A DNA stretch of 64,000 bases from Pseudobdellovibrionaceae bacterium (GTDB lineage: Bacteria > Bdellovibrionota > Bdellovibrionia > Bdellovibrionales > UBA1609): positions 31,106 through 95,105 of the forward strand of contig JAUVAX010000005.1 of the NCBI GenBank assembly GCA_030591685.1, given 5' to 3'. Under the pieces are notes generated by a model that saw nothing but the letters and a program-made list of their open reading frames with translations, did not search any database and was not told where the DNA came from. Of this stretch, positions 9,817-20,166 are shown piece after piece. The position numbers were made by a program, and so were the translations under genes. Every line of letters starts with the position of its first letter. Position 1 is the stretch's first letter.

Positions 9817-10853
9817 TTCACTACCTCCTGGTTCACTTGACCTTTGGGGCCACGAGCATACCTATAAGCCCCAATGAGGCCGAGTAAAAACAACAAAACT
9901 TGAAAAGATGTTATCCCCAACTGACCGACTTGGGACTTATCGCCCAAATACAGCTGAAACAAGGTTAAAAAAGCCAATTGACCAATACCAAGCCCCCCCG
10001 GGGATACGGGTACGGACATAATTATGAACCCTACAGGGACCGCAAAAAAGAATACACCCAGTGGCAACTGGGCACCGATGGATAAAGCAAAGCAAATAAA
10101 AAAGCTAATTGATAACATTTGAGCCACAATACTTATAAAAATAGTTTTCAATATTGTTTTTTTAGACTGACCAAAAGAGTTTAAGGCCTGATACAGATCT
10201 TCAAAAGTTCTTGGAACTAATGAAAGCAGTTTTTTAAACCAACTACTGTTGTTTATTGTTCTAGAAAAAATGGCCACTAGCCCTATACTCATACACGAAA
10301 AAAAAATACCGGCCGCGTAAAAAACACGCAGCAAATCTTTATTTTGCTTTACCATATCAAAATTAAAAACAAGCGCTAACCAGCCTACCCCAACCATTAC
10401 AAAAAGACCCAAAACCCGGTCCACAAGGACAGACGAAAAGGTGAGTATTTTTTTTGACTGACTGTTTTTGGCTAAATAATAGGCCTTAACCGCATCTCCC
10501 CCGACACTACTAGGAAGAGTAAAGTTAAAAAATAACCCCATAAGTGTTAAATTTAAGGTTTCCTTAAAGGTCACTTTAAAACCCTTGTCCCAAAGAAGCA
10601 GGCTCCAACGGTAGTTCATAACGAGCACATTAATACACAAAATAACAATGCAAAGGGCAAAATATAGAGGCGCTTTGATTTGTAAAAAAATTTTAAAGTC
10701 TAAATCGCCACTTTGTATAAGGTAAAATATCAAACCAAAAGCTACTGAAAATTTTAGCGCTAATAATATATTTTTTTTAATTGAAGAACTCAAGGTCGCC
10801 CCATTTATTTTTTTGTATTTCTCGTTTAACACACTACCGGCCTTGGCACACAC
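9813..10853 (-). CDS. Lysylphosphatidylglycerol synthase TM-domain (flippase-like, UPF0104) membrane protein; true start probably TTG at 10793
   Basis: RW, FFNFTLPSSVGGDAVKAYYL, VDRVLGL and PVSPGGLG motifs; multiple TM helices. Confidence 0.85.
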   Translation of the reverse strand: MCAKAGSVLNEKYKKINGATLSSSIKKNILLALKFSVAFGLIFYLIQSGDLDFKIFLQIKAPLYFALCIVILCINVLVMNYRWSLLLWDKGFKVTFKETLNLTLMGLFFNFTLPSSVGGDAVKAYYLAKNSQSKKILTFSSVLVDRVLGLFVMVGVGWLALVFNFDMVKQNKDLLRVFYAAGIFFSCMSIGLVAIFSRTINNSSWFKKLLSLVPRTFEDLYQALNSFGQSKKTILKTIFISIVAQMLSISFFICFALSIGAQLPLGVFFFAVPVGFIIMSVPVSPGGLGIGQLAFLTLFQLYLGDKSQVGQLGITSFQVLLFLLGLIGAYRYARGPKGQVNQEVVK

Positions 10854-11012
10854 TAAAAAGGTCTAAAAAATAATACTTTCACTCGTCTTTAAAAAAGGCC
10901 CAAAGGCATAATAACTGATAACAGAACCAGAAAACAGGGTTTACTGACTAAATGATCAAACTCATTTAGAAATATCTAAAAATTTGTAACCCACTGAGTA
11001 AATTTAAAAAAA

Positions 11013-11942
11013 TTACCCTGTCTGCAGGGCTAGAACCTGCTCTCGAGTGGCTTGAATTAAAGAAAGCTGGCTTTCCTTAACCTGGCTGGCATCTAGTACC
11101 ACAAGACCCCTGAGGGCTTCAGGCTTAACCCCTGAACTCATGAGCCAATCAAAGTACTTTATCTCACCCCAGCGCGAGCGGCTACAGGCCTCCATGAGAG
11201 GGCTTTCACCAGGGGGAAACAAAGGTTTTGAAGAGCTCATTTGATTTAAGTAATGTATAAATGCATGTCCATCCATATCGGACCAATAAAAAACACTTCG
11301 GTCGTAGAGCCTCTGTGCCGACTCAGGGATCAAGGTCCTTGCCCCCTCCGGCAAATGGGCCTCAAAATGCTTTACCGCCGCCTCATCCTCTTGAAGTTTT
11401 TTATTAAATCCGCTGACTATAGCTGTGAGGTCTTCTTCTGTCCAGGTGAGTCCCCCTGAAATTAAATCCGGAACTCTCGCCCTTAAACCCGAAATAACAA
11501 CACAGTACTGACGACTTAACTGTAATATTTGCACATGCATTGGGCCTGGTGATTTTTCAAACCCAGCACTTAAAAACCTATTATGAGAGATCCGAAGGGA
11601 GAATACTTTTTTTTCTCCTAAAAGCCCTTCAAGCCTTTCAACATCATGACAGACCCCCAGCAAAGGGTCGTCATCACTGTATAAGCAAAATAAATCCTCT
11701 TTGCCGAGGCTGTTTGTAAAACTCTCGGAGTCTTTGAGTAACTCTTTAGGTTTTGAAATGACTTGGTAACCGTTTATACTTAACTGCTTCATTGGACGGC
11801 TTATAAAAGGCGATAGGGCCTCTAAATAAAAAGCCTTTTTTTTATGTGGAAACTGCTGAGTTAAACCAATACAAACTTCTGTGAGTGCGTGATGTAGGCC
11901 ACGATATACTTTAACTGAAGCCACTGAAGTATCTACTTGCAA
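11013..11942 (-). CDS. Hypothetical protein, degenerate IscS/NifS-like (class V aminotransferase fold); may start at ATT 12005
   Basis: Long ORF following carB with remote similarity by eye (MDGHAFIHYL...EACS...EALRGLV). No SxHK PLP-lysine motif. Confidence 0.6.
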   Translation of the reverse strand: MQVDTSVASVKVYRGLHHALTEVCIGLTQQFPHKKKAFYLEALSPFISRPMKQLSINGYQVISKPKELLKDSESFTNSLGKEDLFCLYSDDDPLLGVCHDVERLEGLLGEKKVFSLRISHNRFLSAGFEKSPGPMHVQILQLSRQYCVVISGLRARVPDLISGGLTWTEEDLTAIVSGFNKKLQEDEAAVKHFEAHLPEGARTLIPESAQRLYDRSVFYWSDMDGHAFIHYLNQMSSSKPLFPPGESPLMEACSRSRWGEIKYFDWLMSSGVKPEALRGLVVLDASQVKESQLSLIQATREQVLALQTG

Positions 11943-12020
11943 ATACTCTGCAATTTTTTTATTAATCCATGGCCAGCTAGAACTTGTATTTAAATCTAAT
12001 TTAATTGTACATCCCTTTTT

Positions 12021-15000
12021 TTAATTAAGCCCCAGAGGGGAGACCTCAAAAATTGGCTTAAGACTATTTTTCTTTAAAGCTTCAATAACCTGAATGGCCG
12101 CATCACTTTCTGTAAAACAAGGGATCGAATAATCAACACAACTTCGGCGGATTGTAAAACTAGCCTCTACAGCCTCTCGACCTGAGGTCGTGTTAATAAC
12201 CATATTGACCTTTCCTGACCGTATACGATCTACGCAATGAGGCCGACCTTGAGACACTTTTTTTACAGCTAGTACTTCAAACCCCTGATCAATTAAAAAT
12301 TTAGCCGTACCACCTGTGGCTGAAAGTGAAAACCCTAAATCAACTAAATCTTGAGCTACATTTAATAACTCTAACTTATCTTTTTCGCGAAGAGATAAAA
12401 ACACCTCTCCTTTTTCAGGTAAATTAACGTGGGATGAAATAAGGGCCTTTAAAATAGCCTCAGCATAGGTCTTACCTCGGCCCATGCTCTCGCCGGTCGA
12501 CTTCATCTCAGGGCCAAGAATAGAGTCGGCCTCAGCAAATTTTTTAAACGGAAACACAACGCCCTTAACACAAATTGTGTCGAGTTTTCTCCAGTCATAT
12601 TTTTCAGGGTGTACTTCTGAGGACTTTTTACCCAGCATGGCCTGAACTCCAAGGTTCACTAAGGGGACCCCGCCCGCTTTGGCTATAAAGGGGACACTTC
12701 TTGAGCTCCTTGGGTTGGCTTCAATCATAAAAATTTCATCGTTTTTTATAGCTAATTGTAGGTTCAAAAAGCCGATGACATCCATTTCTTGGGCCAACTC
12801 ACAGCTCATCTTCTGAATCAACTCTGCCACCTCAGGCTTTAACCTTTGTGGGGGTAATACTCCCATGCTGTCGCCACTGTGAACGCCTGCGGCCTCAATA
12901 TGCTCGACAATTCCTCCCACAACGACCCAGTCGTCACCTCGAACCAAGTCCACATCGACCTCTAAGGCACGATCTAAAAATTGATCCATTAAGCAGGGCT
13001 GAGTTTTTGACATCATGTTGCCGTTACGCTCAAAGTAGGATTTTAAATCGGTCTCGTCCTCTATGATCTCCATGCACTGCCCCCCTAAAACATACGAAGG
13101 CCTGCACAGTAAGGGAAAGTCGACCACGTTACAGGCCTCTTTAGCCATTTCGTAATCATAAGCCATAGCTGCTTTAGGGATTTTAAATTTTAATTTTTTA
13201 CACAACTCAATAAATTGACCGCGATCCTCAGCTAAATCCATGGACTCTATAGTGGACCCCAACATTTTGTAACCAGCGTTGACCAAACTAGAGGCCAGCA
13301 AAATGGGCGTTTGCCCCCCGAGCTGAGAAACAAATCCCTCAGGGTTCACATGACGGAATACCTCAAGTACGTGCTCTGAGGTTAATGGTTCAAAATACAG
13401 TTCATTAGCGGTATCGTAATCTGTCGATACTGTTTCAGGGTTAGAGTTCACCATAATGACATGTTTGCCAAAGGACTGAAACTCTTTAACAGAACGAACA
13501 CAGCTATAATCAAACTCAATCCCCTGACCAATTCGGTTAGGCCCACTGCCTAAAACTACAACCTGTGGTTTTTCAATATGGCGAGGGGCACAAGAAGACC
13601 AGTAGGTTGAATAAAAATAAGGGGTCTGCGAAGCAAACTCACCAGAACATGTATCTACCTGCAGATAACTCGGAAAAATTTTATTTTCACTACGGTAGGC
13701 TGATACTGATTGAGCGGGCAAATTTTTTAAAACCTCAATACGACAATCTGAAAAGCCAAGTCGCTTTGCTTTTATTATAAGTTCGGGGCTCAGCTCTGAG
13801 GCCTTTAAATCACTTTCAAATTTTGAGATTTCTTGAATTTGTTCTAAAAACCATGGAGTAATGGCTGTTATTTCAAAAATTTCGTCGATAGTTTTGTTCT
13901 CTCTAAAGGCCTGAAACAAATGAAATATACGCTCACTATTGGGTATGGAAACCTTGCTTTCATCATAAATCACCTCAGCAATGCCCTGTGGAGACATTTC
14001 TAACGACAAGAGAGCTTTCATAAAAGATTCTTTAAAGGTTCGCCCAATCCCCATGACTTCACCGACGGACTTCATTTGAATAGAAAGAATATCCTTGGCC
14101 CCATGAAATTTTTTAAATGCAAATCGAGGTATTTTAGTCACCACATAATCTAAGGCCGGCTCAAAACATGCCGGAGTTGATTTAGTAATATCATTTTGAA
14201 TTTCATCTAAGTGGTAGCCTATCGCCAGAAGTGCAGCAATTTTTGCTATGGGAAACCCAGTTGCTTTGCTGGCCAATGCTGAGGATCGACTCACTCGAGG
14301 ATTCATTTCAATAACAATGCGATCCCCCGTTTTAGGGCAAACAGCAAATTGTACATTGGCGCCGCCTGTTTCAATGCCTACTTTTTCAATGATGGCTTTC
14401 GCCTCCATTCGCATTTCTTGGTATTCATGGTCAGTGAGAGTCTGTTGAGGGGCAACAGTAATACTATCCCCTGTGTGAACTCCGCAAGGGTCAAGGTTCT
14501 CAATAGAGCAAACGACAACAAAAGTCCCCGCTCGGTCGCGCATGACTTCAAGTTCGTACTCTTTCCACCCTAAAATACTCTCTTCAACCAAAACCTCTGA
14601 GGTGGGGCTTGCGTGTAAGGCTTGAGCCAACTTAACCTTATACTCTTCAGTTGAGTAGGCGATGCCACCACCACCGCCACCTAAAGTGTAGTTTGGCCTC
14701 AAAATTATGGGAAAGCCGATGTCGTCCACAACACCTAGGCCTTGTTCAAAACTTTTTACAATTTCACTCTTAGGGTACTTGGCACCCAGGTCGTCTAAAA
14801 TTTTACGAAACTTATCTCTGTCCTCAGCCCTTTGAATCACCTCAGAGGTGGCCCCTAGCATTTTGACCCCTAGGCGCTCTAGTACCCCTGACTCTTCAAG
14901 CTCTATACCTAAGTTTAAAGCCGTTTGACCTCCGAGAGTTGGGATTAAAGCATCGGGCTTTTCTTTTTCTAGGATTTTTTCTAAGAAGTTTTTTTTAAGA

Positions 15001-15203
15001 GGCTCTATGTAAACCTTTGTCGCTATATCTACGTCGGTCATAATTGTAGCGGGGTTAGAGTTAACTAAAATAACCTCCAGCCCTTCACTCATTAAAGCCT
15101 TACAGGCCTGTGTGCCCGAATAGTCAAATTCACAGGCCTGACCAATTTGAATAGGACCGCTTCCTAGGATTAAGACTTTTTTTATATTTTCTCTCTGAGG
15201 CAT
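12021..15203 (-). CDS. carB: Carbamoyl-phosphate synthase large subunit
   Basis: [27 protein letters not shown], duplicated ATP-grasp and MGS domain. Confidence 0.98.
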   Translation of the reverse strand: MPQRENIKKVLILGSGPIQIGQACEFDYSGTQACKALMSEGLEVILVNSNPATIMTDVDIATKVYIEPLKKNFLEKILEKEKPDALIPTLGGQTALNLGIELEESGVLERLGVKMLGATSEVIQRAEDRDKFRKILDDLGAKYPKSEIVKSFEQGLGVVDDIGFPIILRPNYTLGGGGGGIAYSTEEYKVKLAQALHASPTSEVLVEESILGWKEYELEVMRDRAGTFVVVCSIENLDPCGVHTGDSITVAPQQTLTDHEYQEMRMEAKAIIEKVGIETGGANVQFAVCPKTGDRIVIEMNPRVSRSSALASKATGFPIAKIAALLAIGYHLDEIQNDITKSTPACFEPALDYVVTKIPRFAFKKFHGAKDILSIQMKSVGEVMGIGRTFKESFMKALLSLEMSPQGIAEVIYDESKVSIPNSERIFHLFQAFRENKTIDEIFEITAITPWFLEQIQEISKFESDLKASELSPELIIKAKRLGFSDCRIEVLKNLPAQSVSAYRSENKIFPSYLQVDTCSGEFASQTPYFYSTYWSSCAPRHIEKPQVVVLGSGPNRIGQGIEFDYSCVRSVKEFQSFGKHVIMVNSNPETVSTDYDTANELYFEPLTSEHVLEVFRHVNPEGFVSQLGGQTPILLASSLVNAGYKMLGSTIESMDLAEDRGQFIELCKKLKFKIPKAAMAYDYEMAKEACNVVDFPLLCRPSYVLGGQCMEIIEDETDLKSYFERNGNMMSKTQPCLMDQFLDRALEVDVDLVRGDDWVVVGGIVEHIEAAGVHSGDSMGVLPPQRLKPEVAELIQKMSCELAQEMDVIGFLNLQLAIKNDEIFMIEANPRSSRSVPFIAKAGGVPLVNLGVQAMLGKKSSEVHPEKYDWRKLDTICVKGVVFPFKKFAEADSILGPEMKSTGESMGRGKTYAEAILKALISSHVNLPEKGEVFLSLREKDKLELLNVAQDLVDLGFSLSATGGTAKFLIDQGFEVLAVKKVSQGRPHCVDRIRSGKVNMVINTTSGREAVEASFTIRRSCVDYSIPCFTESDAAIQVIEALKKNSLKPIFEVSPLGLN

Positions 15204-15217
15204 ATTACATAGACCTA

Positions 15218-15877
15218 TTATATTCTAAGGCCCACACCGTCAGTATAGATTTTATCTGCTGCAATGTGAGCGTATTGTTCGTATTTATTTTTCATTTTAA
15301 ATATTTTAAATATAAATTGCTCTCTCGCCCCAGCTTGCCCCTCAATGGGTAGTATTTTATTTTTCTTAATACCCTTGAGAATAAATTTTTTAGACTCTTC
15401 GGGGTGAAAACAAAAAGACTGAGTAAAACAAAAGTTGTCTTCATGGGGAATTAATCGCCCCTCAAATATATCGCCCTTATTAAAACCATATTTTAAGGGC
15501 ATTCTTTTTAAAATCATTTTATAATCTGAAAACAAATCCTTAATGTGCATATCCTCTTTAGAGAATTTAATAAACTCAAATAAACTATGGCGAGTGTTTT
15601 TTAGATTATTAAAAAGGACTTTCTGTTCTTCAAGGATTTCAAAATCATCTAACTCAGAACAAACCTCAACTGGAGCACGCCCATAAGCATTCAAAGGGCG
15701 GTGAAATAAAAACCAATCCCCAAATTGTTTCATTTTCATATTATAGTTTTCAGCCTCTTCATCTAAAAAGCCCGTGCCTTCAAAAAATACAATTCGCCCT
15801 TGCTCAACATCATCAGCAAACTCCTCAGTGGTGAAACACTGTAATAAACGATCTGTTAATGGCTCATATATATTCAT
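15218..15877 (-). CDS. Hypothetical protein between carA and carB
   Basis: 219-aa ORF with a 4-bp overlap with carA; no recognised catalytic motif. Confidence 0.75.
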   Translation of the reverse strand: MNIYEPLTDRLLQCFTTEEFADDVEQGRIVFFEGTGFLDEEAENYNMKMKQFGDWFLFHRPLNAYGRAPVEVCSELDDFEILEEQKVLFNNLKNTRHSLFEFIKFSKEDMHIKDLFSDYKMILKRMPLKYGFNKGDIFEGRLIPHEDNFCFTQSFCFHPEESKKFILKGIKKNKILPIEGQAGAREQFIFKIFKMKNKYEQYAHIAADKIYTDGVGLRI

Positions 15878-16941
15878 TGAATCTGCTTTATAAAGTAATC
15901 AAATAACCCTTCGGCATCTCTCGGGCCAGGGTGACTCTCTGGATGAAATTGTACACTCATACACTTTTTTTCTAAACACATGATGCCGGACACCGTTTGA
16001 TCATTTAAGTGGGTGTGACTCACTGTCACATTTTCGGGGAGACTCTTTTTATCAACAGCATAGCCATGATTTTGGCTCGTCATGTAAATGAGGTCCAAAT
16101 TATGGTCCTTTACGGGCTGATTGCTCCCCCTATGGCCAAATTTCAACTTATAAGTACTCGCCCCTAAGCTTTGAGATAAAATTTGATGCCCCATGCAAAT
16201 GCCAAAAATAAATCGGTGCCCCAAGAGCTCTCGAACGGTTTCCGTAGCCTCTAAAACCTCAACAGGGTTACCCGGGCCATTAGTCAGCATAACCCCATGA
16301 GGGTCCCAGCTGAGTATTTCTTTAGCACTTGTTCTTGAAGGAAATACTTTAATTTGTGAGCTTCTCTTTTTTAACTCTCTGAGGATGTTTTTCTTTAATC
16401 CAAAATCTAGGACCGCGACCTTGGCCCCAGAGGGGCGATCCCCTTTGAGCTCATAGGGTTCTTTACAAGTCACAGCATGAACCCAATCAGAGTCCATTTT
16501 TTTTTGAGCCTGAATAAGCACAGAGGCCTGATCTTGAGCCTCTTTTTTTGTACTGGCCTTCACAACTGCACCCCAGGGGGTGCCTTTTTCTCGAAGGCAT
16601 AAAACAAGACTTCTTGTATCCATGCCCTCTACAACAGGCACTCCTTTTTGAGTGAGTCGCTCAACCCAAGATTTATCTCTAGTTGAGTTTTGCATTTCAA
16701 GGCAAAGAAGACCTTGAATCCAAATGTCCTTAGACTCCCATACCCCATCGTCAACTCCATAGTTACCTTGTTGAGGGGCCGTCATCACCATAATTTGAGA
16801 ATAGTATGAGGGGTCTGTCGCTATTTCTTCATAACCGCTATGGGAGGTGTTAAATACAACTTCTCCGGCTTTTGGCTCACCACCGAGCCACTGACCAGAG
16901 AAAACCTCCCCCGAATCTAAAACTAAAAAACCTAATGACAT
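15874..16941 (-). CDS. carA: Carbamoyl-phosphate synthase small subunit
   Basis: GEVVFNT, TDPSY, FGICMGHQ, SQNHGY and QFHPE motifs. Confidence 0.98.
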   Translation of the reverse strand: MSLGFLVLDSGEVFSGQWLGGEPKAGEVVFNTSHSGYEEIATDPSYYSQIMVMTAPQQGNYGVDDGVWESKDIWIQGLLCLEMQNSTRDKSWVERLTQKGVPVVEGMDTRSLVLCLREKGTPWGAVVKASTKKEAQDQASVLIQAQKKMDSDWVHAVTCKEPYELKGDRPSGAKVAVLDFGLKKNILRELKKRSSQIKVFPSRTSAKEILSWDPHGVMLTNGPGNPVEVLEATETVRELLGHRFIFGICMGHQILSQSLGASTYKLKFGHRGSNQPVKDHNLDLIYMTSQNHGYAVDKKSLPENVTVSHTHLNDQTVSGIMCLEKKCMSVQFHPESHPGPRDAEGLFDYFIKQIQ

Positions 16942-17861
16942 TACCTGTCCCCTAACACTTTTTGCAACAAAGCGGCTCTGACATAAACTCCATTTTCGAC
17001 CTGCTGGTGGATCACAGTACGAGAGTCTTTTACAATGTCTCTTGTGATCTCTTCATCCACCACAAAAGGCCCAGGGTGCATAATTATAGCCTTATCACTG
17101 AGCGATCCTATGCTTTTTTTGTTAAGTTGGTAGTTTTGTATAAAATTTGATAAATCAGCCTTAGTTGAATGTCGCTCTTTTTGAACCCGTAAAGACATCG
17201 CCACATCACACCAATCAAGTGCCGAAGTTAATTGTTCAAAGTTTTCAACCTCTCCCCACTCACTGGGTGAGGGCATAAAATCTTTCGGTGAGCAGATGGC
17301 CACCTCAGCCCCCAAAGCAAGCAATAAACTTTTATTAGAATGAGCAACACGACTATGCCGAACGTCTCCAATGAAAACTATTTTTTTACCCTTAATCTCT
17401 CCGAGTCGCTCTTTAATAGTAAATGCATCCAGTAACGCCTGAGTCGGGTGATGAAACTTACCATACCCAGCGCTAATACATGGTTTTTGAGAGGTTTTAA
17501 AAAACTCTCTCACACCTTCATCTTCATCGGAGCGAATAATAAAAGCATCGGGCTGAACGGCATGTAAGTTTAGTAACGTGTCTAGGGCCGTCTCCCCTTT
17601 TTTAATACTGGTCGTTGAGTTTGCAATAAAAGTAACGGGCCGTATACCCAAGCGATTGCAGGCCATTTCAAAACTAAACCGAGTCCTGGTGCTGGATTCA
17701 AAAAAAACTAAGGCGACTGATTTGTAACTTAAACTTTCGTTTCTTCTTAAAAACTGCTTGTGCCTTACAAAGGAATGTTTGAACTGAGAAGCTAAGGAAA
17801 ACAGCTGTCCGATGGTTTGAATATTTAAATCGGTAACTGAAAAAAGGCCACTATTTTTCAT
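16941..17861 (-). CDS. pyrB: Aspartate carbamoyltransferase catalytic subunit (probable ATG start 17861; ORF track starts at 17891)
   Basis: FFESSTRTRFSFE, HPTQALLD, RVQKER and MHPGP motifs. Confidence 0.96.
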   Translation of the reverse strand: MKNSGLFSVTDLNIQTIGQLFSLASQFKHSFVRHKQFLRRNESLSYKSVALVFFESSTRTRFSFEMACNRLGIRPVTFIANSTTSIKKGETALDTLLNLHAVQPDAFIIRSDEDEGVREFFKTSQKPCISAGYGKFHHPTQALLDAFTIKERLGEIKGKKIVFIGDVRHSRVAHSNKSLLLALGAEVAICSPKDFMPSPSEWGEVENFEQLTSALDWCDVAMSLRVQKERHSTKADLSNFIQNYQLNKKSIGSLSDKAIIMHPGPFVVDEEITRDIVKDSRTVIHQQVENGVYVRAALLQKVLGDR

Positions 17862-17868
17862 CAAAGCC

Positions 17869-17898
17869 ACTATAGCCGCGGTATTTAACACTCGTCAA
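17869..17898 (-). promoter_or_regulatory. sigma70-type promoter TTGACG-N18-TATAGT, 7 nt before the pyrB ATG (leaderless)
   Basis: Both hexamers match consensus at 5/6; no SD between the -10 and the ATG. Confidence 0.65.
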
Positions 17899-17979
17899 TA
17901 AAACCCTACTCATGTGGATTTAAAATTAACCCCAATATTGACTCTTGCCTACAAACAGGGCAGTGGCTGGGCTTCTTAG

Positions 17980-18684
17980 TTAGGGGATGGGCTTAAAAAC
18001 TCTCCCCCAACGAACACTCGGCAAGGCCCCTCCTAACACAGGGTCAGTCCAGTCTATGGACATCCAAATCATTACCCCACGCCCCACAATAGAGCTTTTT
18101 GTAACCCCACCCCAAATGCGTGAATCCTCACTGGCCACCCTATTATCACCTAAAACTAAATATTCATCAGGGCTGGCGGTCATTACAAAGTCATTAATTA
18201 TAGGGGCCTGCTCAGCGGGCAAAATAACTAGGTTTGATTGGTCCTCAATGGTCTCAACAGATACATTTAAATACTCAGCACCAGAAATGCCTTTAAATTT
18301 TTGTGTCGAAGCTTTATAGACCGCTTCTGTGGAATTAATTTTAACCCTGTTGCCCTCAATTTTTAGAGTTTCACCGGGCAGAGCCACAACCCTTTTAACG
18401 CAAAAGTATTCCGTATTTTTAGGGCAGTGAAAGACTATTACGTCTCCTCGCTCAATGGCAGGGTCTTGGCCAAAAGCACTCGACCATACAAAGGGGAGTT
18501 TGAAGCTAAATATAAAATCCCCAGGGAGAAGAGCTGGAACCATCGCCTCTGTCGGGACCCTGTAGGCTGACACCACAAAGGCTCTGAGTAGTAGTGCTAC
18601 GACCACTGCCACAATGAGCCCCTCAGCATAGTGCCTAAGAGAGGATTTTAATATTTCGAGAACCTTTTTAAAAATTAACATCAT
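17980..18684 (-). CDS. lepB: Signal peptidase I-like protein (third copy; catalytic Ser replaced by Ala)
   Basis: VKRVV and LGDNRVASEDSRIWG present, but box B reads VPTEAM instead of IPSGSM. Confidence 0.88.
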   Translation of the reverse strand: MMLIFKKVLEILKSSLRHYAEGLIVAVVVALLLRAFVVSAYRVPTEAMVPALLPGDFIFSFKLPFVWSSAFGQDPAIERGDVIVFHCPKNTEYFCVKRVVALPGETLKIEGNRVKINSTEAVYKASTQKFKGISGAEYLNVSVETIEDQSNLVILPAEQAPIINDFVMTASPDEYLVLGDNRVASEDSRIWGGVTKSSIVGRGVMIWMSIDWTDPVLGGALPSVRWGRVFKPIP

Positions 18685-18685
18685 A

Positions 18686-19441
18686 TTATTTGATTATAGT
18701 TAATAAACGATCACTCCTCAACTGTCCTAAGCTACATAACGGCGTGTCTTTAAATGTTTCATGACAGCTCATCCATATAAACCGAGCATGACCCAACAAA
18801 TTTTCAAGGGGCAGCGGACCCCATACTCTTGAGTCCGCTGAACGATCACGATTATCACCCATTAAAAAAATATGGCCCTCTGGCACCTGAACCGGGCCGT
18901 AGCCCTTTGAAAACCCCTCTGAGCCATAACGAACTAAATAACGCTCTTTTGACTCGTAATAATAACGCCACCCATCAAGCCCGTTTAAATCAGACTCTGT
19001 GGCTTGAGGAAAAACTTTTTTAATATCTAAAACAGGCTCCTGGCTTAAAGCCGAACCATTAATTATAATTTTACCATTTGAAAGCACCTGGATAGTATCA
19101 CCAGGCCAACCGATCACTCGCTTGACCATAAAATAATCAAACTGCTTTACAGACCTAAAAACAACCACTTGGCCTCGGCGCGGAAGCTTAGGGCCGAAGC
19201 TCCAACTTTTAGAAAACGGCCACCTAAAGCCAAAGGCCGATTTACTTACTAAAATATAATCATTAACAAGCAGGCTGGGGATCATGCTCCCACTGGGGAT
19301 GACATAGGGTTCAAAAAAAGCCCACCGGACCGACATAAGTACGGAAAGCGCCACTACAAACTGCAGCAGCGACTTTACGACTTTTTTAATATGATTTTTA
19401 TTGGTGGACACTGTGGAGTAGACGCTTCCATCTAACTTCAA
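18686..19441 (-). CDS. lepB: Signal peptidase I (second copy)
   Basis: EPYVIPSGSM, VKRVIG and GDNRDRSADSR motifs. Confidence 0.95.
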   Translation of the reverse strand: MKLDGSVYSTVSTNKNHIKKVVKSLLQFVVALSVLMSVRWAFFEPYVIPSGSMIPSLLVNDYILVSKSAFGFRWPFSKSWSFGPKLPRRGQVVVFRSVKQFDYFMVKRVIGWPGDTIQVLSNGKIIINGSALSQEPVLDIKKVFPQATESDLNGLDGWRYYYESKERYLVRYGSEGFSKGYGPVQVPEGHIFLMGDNRDRSADSRVWGPLPLENLLGHARFIWMSCHETFKDTPLCSLGQLRSDRLLTIIK

Positions 19442-20165
19442 AAGGGTTACAAATGGAGCTCAATAAAAATATTTTATCACTCAACATTTTATCACAACTG
19501 AGCCAAACAAAACCAGCCCGGCCAACAAGGTTTTCCCTTGGAACAAAACGCTTATCAGGGGCCCACCTTCGGCTATCACTAGAGCCATCACGGTTATCCC
19601 CCATTACAAAATAAGAATCTTTAGGAACAATATAAGGCCCATATGTAGAGCCATCACTGGTCCCCTTTTGCAATAAAGTACTATAAGTTTGGTCGCCTAA
19701 TGTTTCTTGCCAGTGCACATGGTTTTCTGTCATCGGAACGCCAAAACTAGTCACCCCCTCAAGCCAAGCAAAATCAGAGCTTAGGTTTGTGGGCACACTT
19801 TTTTCGATCAATTGGTCGTTGATATAAAGGTTACCGTTTTCATAATAAACCCTATCCCCAGGAACCCCAACAACTCGTTTAATATAAAATAAACTCATAT
19901 CTTCAGGGTACTTAAATACAATCACCTCTCCCCTTTTGGGGTCTGAAAATTTGACTAAAAAATTTTCAGTGAACGGGGCTCTCACCCCATAGACCATTTT
20001 ATTTACAAATATATGATCATTCACAAGCAGGCTCGGCAACATGCTGCCTGAAGGGATCACATAGGCCTCTAAAAATAGCCACCGTATAATGAGGGCGATT
20101 AATACAGCGACGAGTAATGACCCCGTCCCTTCAGTCCAATAATTTTTAGTTAATACTCGCTTCAC
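19398..20165 (-). CDS. lepB: Signal peptidase I (first copy)
   Basis: EAYVIPSGSM, IKRVVG and GDNRDGSSDSR motifs; directly after lepA. Confidence 0.96.
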   Translation of the reverse strand: MKRVLTKNYWTEGTGSLLVAVLIALIIRWLFLEAYVIPSGSMLPSLLVNDHIFVNKMVYGVRAPFTENFLVKFSDPKRGEVIVFKYPEDMSLFYIKRVVGVPGDRVYYENGNLYINDQLIEKSVPTNLSSDFAWLEGVTSFGVPMTENHVHWQETLGDQTYSTLLQKGTSDGSTYGPYIVPKDSYFVMGDNRDGSSDSRRWAPDKRFVPRENLVGRAGFVWLSCDKMLSDKIFLLSSICNPFEVRWKRLLHSVHQ

Positions 20166-20166
20166 T

